Source: a virus (taxonomy: Duplodnaviria; Caudoviricetes). Taken from it: 30,040 nucleotides of DNA. A program made the translations under genes and the position numbers. The stretch covers positions 1 to 30,040 of IMG/VR virus record IMGVR_UViG_3300040971_000045; one strand, given 5' to 3'. Shown piece by piece: positions 1 to 6,720 of this stretch (position 1 is the first letter of the stretch; every line of letters starts with the position of its first letter). The notes beneath the pieces were generated by a model that worked only from the letters and a program-made list of their open reading frames with translations, ran no database searches and was not told the origin of the DNA.

Positions 1-1
1 T

Positions 2-760
2 GAAATTGTAATTGGAGCGAGTGCTATTGGGAATGGCAGTAATTCAGTGACGCTGGGGAGCACGGCAATTACGAAGACTGTTTTGAAAGGGAGTGTGGGG
101 ATTGGGACGACGGGACCAACTGTTCCATTGCAAGTGGTATCTACAGGTGAAAATATTGCTGCTAAATTTGGCAATTTAGCCAGACACGTAATTTATATAG
201 ATGATGGTGAGATTTATGATTTATGGGCAGATACTGGAGCGAAAAGATGGAACATTAAAAGTGATTGGGTCGGTTCGGATACCATTAGTGGTTTATATAC
301 TGGGTCGGCAACGGTAGGTTCAGTAATCGGAACAAAGGAAAACACAAGTGAATTGAGATTCTATACTAGTAATTCTACTGCATATACACAGAGAATGATT
401 ATTGATGGTTCCGGCAACGTCGGAATTGGGACGACGGGACCAACAAGTAGACTTCATTTGGCGGCAGGAAGTGCGACCGCTGGAACTGCACCCCTCGGCT
501 TTACCTCTGGCACACTTCTCACTACAGCAGTAGCAGGAAAGGTGGAATTTTTAACGGATGATTATTACGCTACAATCACAACAGGCGCAGCTAGGAAAGC
601 ATTTATTTTAGATGACGGGGCGCGGCTAACATCTGGAAAAGTACCTGTAGCTACCACGAATGGACGATTGGTAGATTCGGCTGGAGTAAGCGGAACATTT
701 ACAACAGTAGATTTAAAAACAGTTACAGTCACCAATGGACTTATAACTGCTATAGTGTAA
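2..760 (+). CDS. Tail fibre / receptor-binding protein, C-terminal part (5' truncated by window)
   Basis: Frame is open from base 2 (EIVIGASAIGNGSNSVTLG); repeated G(S/N)VGIGTTGP beta-modules and a Gly/Thr-rich composition; sits at the end of the late region. Confidence 0.65.
   Translation, partial: EIVIGASAIGNGSNSVTLGSTAITKTVLKGSVGIGTTGPTVPLQVVSTGENIAAKFGNLARHVIYIDDGEIYDLWADTGAKRWNIKSDWVGSDTISGLYTGSATVGSVIGTKENTSELRFYTSNSTAYTQRMIIDGSGNVGIGTTGPTSRLHLAAGSATAGTAPLGFTSGTLLTTAVAGKVEFLTDDYYATITTGAARKAFILDDGARLTSGKVPVATTNGRLVDSAGVSGTFTTVDLKTVTVTNGLITAIV
101..444 (+). repeat. 20-nt exact direct repeat ATTGGGACGACGGGACCAAC (101-120, 425-444)
   Basis: Read directly; both copies encode IGTTGPT. Confidence 0.9.
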
Positions 761-779
761 TTAAATAATAATAAATAAT

Positions 780-1079
780 ATGGAAAACACCTATAAAAAA
801 CTGAGTGACACAGAACTAAAAGTCACAAAACCAGCAGAGGAAATTAAAACAGTAGCAAACACTTACTCGATTGACTTTCTAAAGTCACAAGAAGTCGCAA
901 TTCTTAAAAGCAAGAATGACTTCGTAGAGGCTCGCGATAAGGAGCTGGCTGAGGTTAGGGAACTTCTGCAAAAATGTGAAGAACTAGACATCAAGTCGAC
1001 TGTCGCTGTTAAACTAGAGGAAGAAACATTAAGAGAAGAAGAATTGACAAAAGAGGTAATCAGTGACATTATAAAATAA
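780..1079 (+). CDS. Hypothetical protein (charged, helical; possible fibre chaperone)
   Basis: 99-aa ORF directly after the fibre gene; function from position only. Confidence 0.6.
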   Translation: MENTYKKLSDTELKVTKPAEEIKTVANTYSIDFLKSQEVAILKSKNDFVEARDKELAEVRELLQKCEELDIKSTVAVKLEEETLREEELTKEVISDIIK

Positions 1080-1177
1080 GAATTATAAGACTTTGGTCGA
1101 TAAGTCTATAAGATATTAATTAACCATACATATCTTATCCTGGTCCCTGTATGGTGCCAGGATTGGGTAACAAAATT

Positions 1178-1417
1178 ATGAAAAAAGGAAATATTGGTCT
1201 AGGAGAACCAAATCCAACAGATAAACTGAATATTCTGAATGGAGGAAAAGTAGGGGATGGGTCTTTAGTTTTTGGCGCAACTTATCCAGGAGGAAAAGGC
1301 GAAGTTATAAGAATCGAAAAAGGAAAATTCTTTTGGATGGGAAAAGAAGTAAAAGACATTAATAAAATTTACGAACGATTTAGTAAGTGGATGACACTCG
1401 CCGAAAAGTCAAAATAG
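1178..1417 (+). CDS. Hypothetical protein with one GNIGLG fibre-like module
   Basis: ATG 1178 has the AT-rich leader typical of this genome; MKKGNIGLGEPNPTDKLNI. Confidence 0.6.
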   Translation: MKKGNIGLGEPNPTDKLNILNGGKVGDGSLVFGATYPGGKGEVIRIEKGKFFWMGKEVKDINKIYERFSKWMTLAEKSK

Positions 1418-1418
1418 T

Positions 1419-1790
1419 ATGAAAAATAAAGAAATCATCGCACTCAATAACGGACTATCAAATTGTGGAAACTTAAAATGCATAAAATTCGCCTTTGCTG
1501 TTTCAAAAAACATCAAATCATTATCTGCAATTATTGAACCACTGTCTGAAACGATTAAAAAACTCCAAGATGAACACGCCAAAAAAGACAAGGACGGAGA
1601 AAAGATTACTATCAAAAAAGGGGAAATAGATGAAATCCAAATGGTTGACCTTAAAAAGTTTGAAGCAGAATACAAAGAACTAATGGAAGTGGAGAACGAA
1701 ATAACTTTGCACAAAGTTAAAATTGAAAATCTACCAGAAGACATCACTGTGGCACAACTTAACGGAATTATGGAAATTATCGAGGAATAG
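1419..1790 (+). CDS. Phage hypothetical protein (DUF1617-like)
   Basis: FAVSKNIKSL...KKLQDEHAKKDKDG...EYKELMEVENEI pattern resembles small proteins found after tail genes. Confidence 0.5.
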   Translation: MKNKEIIALNNGLSNCGNLKCIKFAFAVSKNIKSLSAIIEPLSETIKKLQDEHAKKDKDGEKITIKKGEIDEIQMVDLKKFEAEYKELMEVENEITLHKVKIENLPEDITVAQLNGIMEIIEE

Positions 1791-1802
1791 TTATCTACTC
1801 AA

Positions 1803-1826
1803 GTCACCTTATTTTGATAGGGTGAC
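1803..1826 (+). other. Intergenic hairpin GTCACCTTAT...ATAGGGTGAC
   Basis: Inverted repeat with one G-U pair; no U-tract. Confidence 0.5.
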
Positions 1827-1850
1827 ACAAGTAAATAATTAAAAAGAACA

Positions 1851-2165
1851 ATGTCAGAAAAAACACTAATCCAACTTCATCAAGCCGATGACTTCGCTCA
1901 ACACGAAGAAATTAGAAGACTCAATGTTTTACAAGGTAAAAATATTGCTATTCAAGGCGAGAGTATTGAGCGATTAACTCGAGCAATGTTTGGAGAAAAA
2001 GACAGTAAAGAGCTAGGAACTAAAGAAAAGGTGGACGAGATTTACGAGTTATTAGTAGCAGGCGGAGTTATCAAGAAAACACTAGCTTGGACATTCGGAA
2101 CGATTGTTTCTATCGGAGCGGCTTTTTATATGTTTTTTAATATTTGGAAAGATTTTAAAAAATAA
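1851..2165 (+). CDS. Membrane protein, holin/XhlA-like (coiled coil plus C-terminal TM helix)
   Basis: TM segment TLAWTFGTIVSIGAAFYMFF; lies before the endolysin. Confidence 0.5.
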   Translation: MSEKTLIQLHQADDFAQHEEIRRLNVLQGKNIAIQGESIERLTRAMFGEKDSKELGTKEKVDEIYELLVAGGVIKKTLAWTFGTIVSIGAAFYMFFNIWKDFKK

Positions 2166-2166
2166 C

Positions 2167-2175
2167 TGTGGATAA
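2167..2175 (-). promoter_or_regulatory. Perfect DnaA box (TTATCCACA)
   Basis: TGTGGATAA on + strand, 5 nt upstream of a -35 element. Confidence 0.55.
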
Positions 2176-2180
2176 CTCTA

Positions 2181-2209
2181 TAGACAAAAATATGAAAATA
2201 CTTTATAAT
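2181..2209 (+). promoter_or_regulatory. Sigma70-type promoter TAGACA-17-TATAAT
   Basis: -35 at 2181-2186, -10 at 2204-2209. Confidence 0.8.
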
Positions 2210-2304
2210 AAATATATGAAAATCGATAAAACAAGTTTGGATTTTTTTGGCAACTCTTTTTGAGTTGTTTTTTGTTCTTTTTAAATCAACCATCGGAGGA
2301 AATT

Positions 2305-2484
2305 ATGAAACCTGCTTTTTGTCAAAAACACAGTAAAGTTCGTGAAGACGGGAATTGGAGAGACGAAAACGATTTAAGAGGTTTTCTTCTCTATCTACGC
2401 AAACCAATCTTGTGTGCCAGATGTGATATTTGCCAACAAGAGCAAAATCTCGAAGCAACAATTAGAGCATTAAGGGAGAGATGA
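2305..2484 (+). CDS. Small Zn-ribbon protein (CxxH...GxW...CxxC)
   Basis: GGAGG at 2295-2299 places the start at ATG 2305. Confidence 0.7.
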   Translation: MKPAFCQKHSKVREDGNWRDENDLRGFLLYLRKPILCARCDICQQEQNLEATIRALRER

Positions 2485-2678
2485 TGAAACAAATAATTAT
2501 TTGTATTTCGTGTTCTACTCAATCAGGATGCGTAGTTAATGGTTCTGAAAGATTATGTTCAAGATGCAAAAATGTGCCTGATTGTTCTTTGCTTGATTGT
2601 TCAGAAATAACTACGGAAAAGTTTTTCACTTGTAAAAATTGCTCTGAAAGAGCGTCACGTCACGGTGATTACGATTAG
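2481..2678 (+). CDS. Small Cys-rich protein (9 Cys, three CxxC)
   Basis: GGGAG upstream; overlaps the previous stop codon. Confidence 0.7.
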   Translation: MMKQIIICISCSTQSGCVVNGSERLCSRCKNVPDCSLLDCSEITTEKFFTCKNCSERASRHGDYD

Positions 2679-2687
2679 GAGGTCATA

Positions 2688-2885
2688 ATGACTACAACAT
2701 TAGTGTGTGTTCGCCACAAGGCAACTGCTGTATCTGGAAGATGGGAGTTTCACGAGAAAGAACTGCACGAACTTAACATAGTTGGTCCAGTTGAAATTGT
2801 ATCGTGTCCAAAATGCAAGAACGACGCAATGATGCAAAGAGAATTTATGAGGCGACTTGATGCGACACAAAAAAATAGTCGTTGA
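2688..2885 (+). CDS. Small Zn-ribbon protein (CxxH...GxW...CxxC), likely paralogue of 2305-2484
   Basis: AGGAGGT upstream; same motif spacing. Confidence 0.7.
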   Translation: MTTTLVCVRHKATAVSGRWEFHEKELHELNIVGPVEIVSCPKCKNDAMMQREFMRRLDATQKNSR

Positions 2886-3108
2886 CACTCACCATCGTCG
2901 TAGTAGACATCAGAAAGGTACTAATGACCCAGAAAATCTGGTAAAAGTACTAAAAACACATCACGTAGCGTTTCATACTTTATTTTGGACGGGAGAACCT
3001 CACCAAGTAGCCAAAATTCTCAATGAGACCTACATTGACCCAGCCTATGAACTCATCGTAGTTCCAAGAAAGAAAGCAGACGCTTTCGCTGGGGAAGGTA
3101 TTGCATAG
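2860..3108 (+). CDS. Minimal HNH-like protein
   Basis: THHRRSRHQKGTNDPENL...HVAFH (HH...N...HxxxH); GAGG upstream of ATG 2860. Confidence 0.6.
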   Translation: MRHKKIVVDTHHRRSRHQKGTNDPENLVKVLKTHHVAFHTLFWTGEPHQVAKILNETYIDPAYELIVVPRKKADAFAGEGIA

Positions 3109-3134
3109 GTGTACAACACTTTTGCATAGGTACA

Positions 3135-3166
3135 AATAGTTTCCGGGAACTATTCAAAATCCCGGA
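3135..3166 (+). ncRNA. Candidate H-type pseudoknot
   Basis: AATAGTT 3135-3141 pairs with AACTATT 3148-3154; (T)CCGGG 3142-3147 pairs with CCCGG(A) 3161-3166. Confidence 0.5.
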
Positions 3167-3305
3167 CCATAATTATTTCCCTCCTGCCACTAAAAAGTCC
3201 CTAACACGCCTCTCTTGCTAAAGCAATGATGCAAAACCAGTAGGTCAGACAAAACAATAGGGTATCATATTGTTGTCTAGGTGGTAGGCGAGAGATTGTT
3301 ATAAT

Positions 3306-3379
3306 AGCAGGGGAGTGGAACGGATAACCACAACTGGCTCATAATCAGTGAATAGCAAGTTCGACTCTTGCACCTGCAA
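3306..3379 (+). tRNA. tRNA with CAT anticodon (Met/fMet or Ile2), atypical, CCA not encoded
   Basis: Cloverleaf: acceptor GCAGG/CCTGC, D-stem GTGG/CCAC, anticodon arm ACTGG-CTCATAA-TCAGT, T-arm GCAAG-TTCGACT-CTTGC. Confidence 0.85.
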
Positions 3380-3442
3380 CACTGAAAAACCTAACTCATC
3401 TCTACGATTGCACAATAATTTGTTAATTATGCGTTTAAACAT

Positions 3443-3568
3443 ATGATATTTAAAGATTTATCAAAACCAAAAATAGACGAAATGTTTAATTTTGTTATAA
3501 TAGTAGTGAGTATTTTTGTTTTAATTATAATAATTGGAGCATCAATAGAGTTAAATAATTTAATGTAA
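3443..3568 (+). CDS. 41-aa single-TM microprotein
   Basis: MIFKDLSKPKIDEMFNFVIIVVSIFVLIIIIGASIELNNLM; below the ORF track cut-off. Confidence 0.5.
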   Translation: MIFKDLSKPKIDEMFNFVIIVVSIFVLIIIIGASIELNNLM

Positions 3569-3572
3569 AGAG

Positions 3573-3653
3573 ATGACAATAAAATATTTCCTCTTTCTAG
3601 CATCCGTGGCGTTCCTTGTTGGGGCGGTGGGAGCAATTGCTAGTAAGTTGTAA
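3573..3653 (+). CDS. 26-aa hydrophobic microprotein
   Basis: MTIKYFLFLASVAFLVGAVGAIASKL. Confidence 0.4.
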   Translation: MTIKYFLFLASVAFLVGAVGAIASKL

Positions 3654-3693
3654 TAATCATTAACTAAAAACTATTTGTAAAAAAACATACGAT

Positions 3694-3861
3694 TTGATAT
3701 TAGCGTGGACATCTATCTTGATAGCCTTAGCAATACTATCCTATGCCACAGTAGCAACAGCTCATACACTGACTCACCTAGAAAAACGACCTACTCAAAT
3801 AGAGCGTTTATCTAACAACTTCAATGGAAAATTACAGGGTAAAACGCAGGACTTTCGCTAG
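3694..3861 (+). CDS. Small membrane/secreted ORF, start uncertain (TTG 3694 or ATT 3673)
   Basis: LILAWTSILIALAILSYATVATAHT...; no in-frame ATG. Confidence 0.3.
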   Translation: MILAWTSILIALAILSYATVATAHTLTHLEKRPTQIERLSNNFNGKLQGKTQDFR

Positions 3862-3926
3862 GGTGTTTTACTTTGTAGAAAACTTTAACGTTTACCTATC
3901 TGCCTTAATAAACGAAAATAAAACAT

Positions 3927-4655
3927 ATGCTTAGATACATAAATACAAAAGACATCAAATACAAAGGTCAACTATTCAGAGGACGAAAAATAATCGGCAC
4001 AGAAGAAACTCTAGCCTTAATCTATCCGTTACGAGACAAAGCTATCTTTGTCAGTGGCTGGCGTTCCAAAACAGAGCAAGAAGTTATGGTCAAAAAAGGA
4101 GCTTCTAAAACTATGGACTCCAATCACCGCAGAGGAGTAGCTTACGATATTTGGAACTGGTCAGAAATGGAAGCATCTATGAGAAAGCTAGGCTTCATAA
4201 ACGATATTTCGTTGGATAAAAATCATTTCCCGTTAGGTGGAGAAGCCAAGGCTCGCAAGAACTACAAAATCATAGATTTTCTTCCAAACAAGCTCGAAGA
4301 ATACAAGCCTAAAAACAAGCCTGCAGAGAAGAAAAAAGGAGAAACCACATCGACACCCATTATAATGACTGTGAAGCCTCTCAGCTCAATTTCAGAGCCT
4401 ACAACCACATTTAACGGAGAACCTTCTGGCGTTACACCTATGCAACCAGTGGAACAACCTATGCAAATAATTATTAAAGATAACTATATGAAATCATTGT
4501 TTCAAAGCCGAACATTTTGGCTGGCTGTAGTACAAGGCGTCGCAGGTATTTTAGTGATAGCGGAAACTCAATTCCCGACAGTCGGGATGTTAGTAATTGT
4601 AAAGTCACTCGTGGATATTATGCTACGGACTTTAACTATAACTGAAATTAAATAA
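3927..4655 (+). CDS. Endolysin (M15-family Zn peptidase) with C-terminal holin-like membrane domain
   Basis: SGWRSxxEQ...ASKTMDSNH...AYDI...DKNHF motifs; Pro/Thr linker; hydrophobic C-terminal 55 aa. Confidence 0.75.
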   Translation: MLRYINTKDIKYKGQLFRGRKIIGTEETLALIYPLRDKAIFVSGWRSKTEQEVMVKKGASKTMDSNHRRGVAYDIWNWSEMEASMRKLGFINDISLDKNHFPLGGEAKARKNYKIIDFLPNKLEEYKPKNKPAEKKKGETTSTPIIMTVKPLSSISEPTTTFNGEPSGVTPMQPVEQPMQIIIKDNYMKSLFQSRTFWLAVVQGVAGILVIAETQFPTVGMLVIVKSLVDIMLRTLTITEIK

Positions 4656-4710
4656 AACCATAGCTGGCTTATTCGCTAGGAGTACTCTGAATGATAAGCT
4701 GGACGCACAA

Positions 4711-4781
4711 AAAAACACTATTTTCTAAGAAAACTGATAATTATTATATCAAGAGTTTTATTCTTAGTTGGTAGTGTTTTT
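4711..4781. terminator. Long imperfect hairpin at the convergence of late and early transcription (bidirectional terminator candidate)
   Basis: AAAAACACTA/TAGTGTTTTT and CTAAGAA/TTCTTAG arms with A and T runs on either side. Confidence 0.6.
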
Positions 4782-4805
4782 AATTTCAATTACTTTGGGC
4801 GTGGG

Positions 4806-4904
4806 TTACCAAAATTTACTTATAAAATGCACTCCGACATAAAATAACAACATCCATATTAAGACTATCGCCGTGATAAATAGTTGTGCTTGTTTTTCGT
4901 TCAT
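4806..4904 (-). CDS. 32-aa single-TM microprotein
   Basis: MNEKQAQLFITAIVLIWMLLFYVGVHFISKFW. Confidence 0.5.
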   Translation of the reverse strand: MNEKQAQLFITAIVLIWMLLFYVGVHFISKFW

Positions 4905-4928
4905 TTAGTTTTAATTAGTCTGATTAAA

Positions 4929-5294
4929 TCACCCACTGCTTTTCTTAATTTGCCACTTCCCAGTGTTTCCGCTACCAAACAACTCGTAATCATACTTCCT
5001 GTGGCATTTCACACATAATCTGATGTAGTCGTCTGGATCTCTTGAATATTTGTGGTCTACGTTAGCCCAATTATATTGTCTTGGTCGCAAATTTTCCACT
5101 CCACAATGTTCACATTTTAAAGGTTTCCCTTTGATTTTTACTACATGTATATGCTTAGCTCCATAACAAACTCCGTCTCCCTTATAATTTGGAGCGTCCT
5201 TACCTTTAAGCCAATCTCTTCCACGCATTGCTTTGCTTATTTTTTCTTTAGTTTCTTCAGACACAAAGTGTCCAAATTTTCCTCCTATTCCCAT
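4929..5294 (-). CDS. NUMOD3-containing HNH-type homing endonuclease
   Basis: SEETKEKISKAMRG (NUMOD3); CEHC...WAN...LCVKCHRKYD. Confidence 0.75.
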   Translation of the reverse strand: MGIGGKFGHFVSEETKEKISKAMRGRDWLKGKDAPNYKGDGVCYGAKHIHVVKIKGKPLKCEHCGVENLRPRQYNWANVDHKYSRDPDDYIRLCVKCHRKYDYELFGSGNTGKWQIKKSSG

Positions 5295-5315
5295 AAAAAA
5301 TTAATGCTAATGATT

Positions 5316-5834
5316 TTATTCAAATATTTTATAAATTTGTTCTTTAATTTCTTTTTTATATTCTTGGCGGGCTTGTTTTTTACCTATTTCAAGGCCATGT
5401 ATATAATGGCTGTCTTCGTTATCGGACTCCGTTCTCTGTATTCCTTCTGCAATTCCTTCTCGATAAGCCTTCTCTCGTTCAGTGGAGAGGAGTTTGCGGA
5501 TGAAGGCTTTAAGTTTGTTTACTTCATTTTTGCTATCTGTTCCTAAAATATCACCATCTGAACAATGGACTACAAATTTTTTATATAATTCTATTTCCCA
5601 ATCTTCTTGCGGTTCGGTGGGGGTGGGTTCTAAGCTTGCACAATCTTTTTCGTGTGAAAGTTCACCCGCACAATCGCATAATTCTTCTTTTGGGGCTTTA
5701 TATTTATTTATCTCCTCATCATCACCGCAATCAAATTTATCTCCGTGAGGGAAACATTCACAGCATAATGAAGCTCCTCCGTTTTTTCTTAAATTGTTCT
5801 GGCATACCCAGTGGGTTTCTTGTTCTTGTTGCAT
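5316..5834 (-). CDS. Hypothetical protein, Cys-rich N-terminus
   Basis: 172-aa ORF in the early operon. Confidence 0.65.
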   Translation of the reverse strand: MQQEQETHWVCQNNLRKNGGASLCCECFPHGDKFDCGDDEEINKYKAPKEELCDCAGELSHEKDCASLEPTPTEPQEDWEIELYKKFVVHCSDGDILGTDSKNEVNKLKAFIRKLLSTEREKAYREGIAEGIQRTESDNEDSHYIHGLEIGKKQARQEYKKEIKEQIYKIFE

Positions 5835-5838
5835 AGTG

Positions 5839-6120
5839 TTATTTTAAAATTTTAGAACGCCAGTCTCTAAGCTCTCTGCTGAGTTCATTTCTCCCAACTA
5901 ATCTTCCAGCGTACAATCCAGTTTTATGAGTTCTCGCATATATCTTTATTTCGTTTTCCTCCAACGGCATACTCATAAGCAGGTCGGTGATTTCTTTTTG
6001 GATGAATTGTTTAATCCAATCTCTATTTACATTAGAATCATCAAAATGAGGTGGCATACCATTGCCAGAACAAGTACACGCTGGAAATTCTGCGTCAAAT
6101 CTTTTTAAAATTTCTTTCAT
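5839..6120 (-). CDS. Hypothetical protein
   Basis: Tightly packed ORF; shares a KxFI motif with the downstream gene. Confidence 0.65.
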   Translation of the reverse strand: MKEILKRFDAEFPACTCSGNGMPPHFDDSNVNRDWIKQFIQKEITDLLMSMPLEENEIKIYARTHKTGLYAGRLVGRNELSRELRDWRSKILK

Positions 6121-6122
6121 AA

Positions 6123-6308
6123 TTATTTCTTACACAAATTAAATATTTCCTCGGCGGTATCTATGGTAGATTTTCTCGCTATCACTTTGTCGCTAATACT
6201 CCAATGCTCAAGCAATATCATCTCAATCTGCTGGATAATGGAGCTGTCGTGGGCGGCTTTTTGGATTATTTCGGGGGTGACGATGTCTTCAAACATTGAT
6301 GGTTTCAT
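6123..6308 (-). CDS. Hypothetical protein
   Basis: Operon packing. Confidence 0.6.
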   Translation of the reverse strand: MKPSMFEDIVTPEIIQKAAHDSSIIQQIEMILLEHWSISDKVIARKSTIDTAEEIFNLCKK

Positions 6309-6312
6309 ATTA

Positions 6313-6468
6313 TTAGTTGTGATTATTAAAATAAATATTCATGTCATATATATTCCAACCTATAACCCATAGGATAATGTACCAAGCTCCATATTTTGCT
6401 ATCAATACAGCACTTAACCCAACTATTACCATTCCTACTACTCGTATAATTTGCTTTGCTAAATACAT
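6313..6468 (-). CDS. 51-aa membrane microprotein
   Basis: MYLAKQIIRVVGMVIVGLSAVLIAKYGAWYIILWVIGWNIY...; fills the gap exactly. Confidence 0.55.
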   Translation of the reverse strand: MYLAKQIIRVVGMVIVGLSAVLIAKYGAWYIILWVIGWNIYDMNIYFNNHN

Positions 6469-6480
6469 ATTATTATTTTA

Positions 6481-6711
6481 TTATTTAAACTTTTTTATAA
6501 CATCGAGCATATCCTTCTTATACCAAATAGCCTCAATACTTTGGCTTGCGTAAATTGGTTTATTATTTTTCAGCAAAACATATTCCGTGTATTTATTCTT
6601 TTTTTGTTCGGCTATAACAATTTTATATCCGTCTTTATAATCCTTGCAAAATTCGTTCTTGTAAAATATAGCCTTATCGTTTTCAGCAATTTTTTTCAGC
6701 TCTTTTCCCAT
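6481..6711 (-). CDS. Hypothetical protein
   Basis: Operon packing. Confidence 0.6.
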   Translation of the reverse strand: MGKELKKIAENDKAIFYKNEFCKDYKDGYKIVIAEQKKNKYTEYVLLKNNKPIYASQSIEAIWYKKDMLDVIKKFK

Positions 6712-6720
6712 TTGGTTGGT

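Noticed and set aside
1-760. Diversity-generating retroelement target in the fibre gene
   Set aside because: No reverse transcriptase or adenine-variant template/variable repeat pair in the window
3205-3295. c-di-GMP-I (GEMM) riboswitch
   Set aside because: TTGCTAAAGCAATGATGCAAAACC is only loosely similar; the GNRA loop, GGCAAA start and P2 receptor features are missing
3297-3305. Extended -10 promoter TGTTATAAT for the tRNA
   Set aside because: It would start transcription inside the acceptor stem and has no -35
3306-3379. tRNA as prophage attachment site
   Set aside because: Phage genes lie on both sides; no integrase or duplicated tRNA 3' end is present in the window
3380-3440. Theta (HDV-like) ribozyme after the tRNA
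   Set aside because: No nested double pseudoknot or P3/L3 motif could be built
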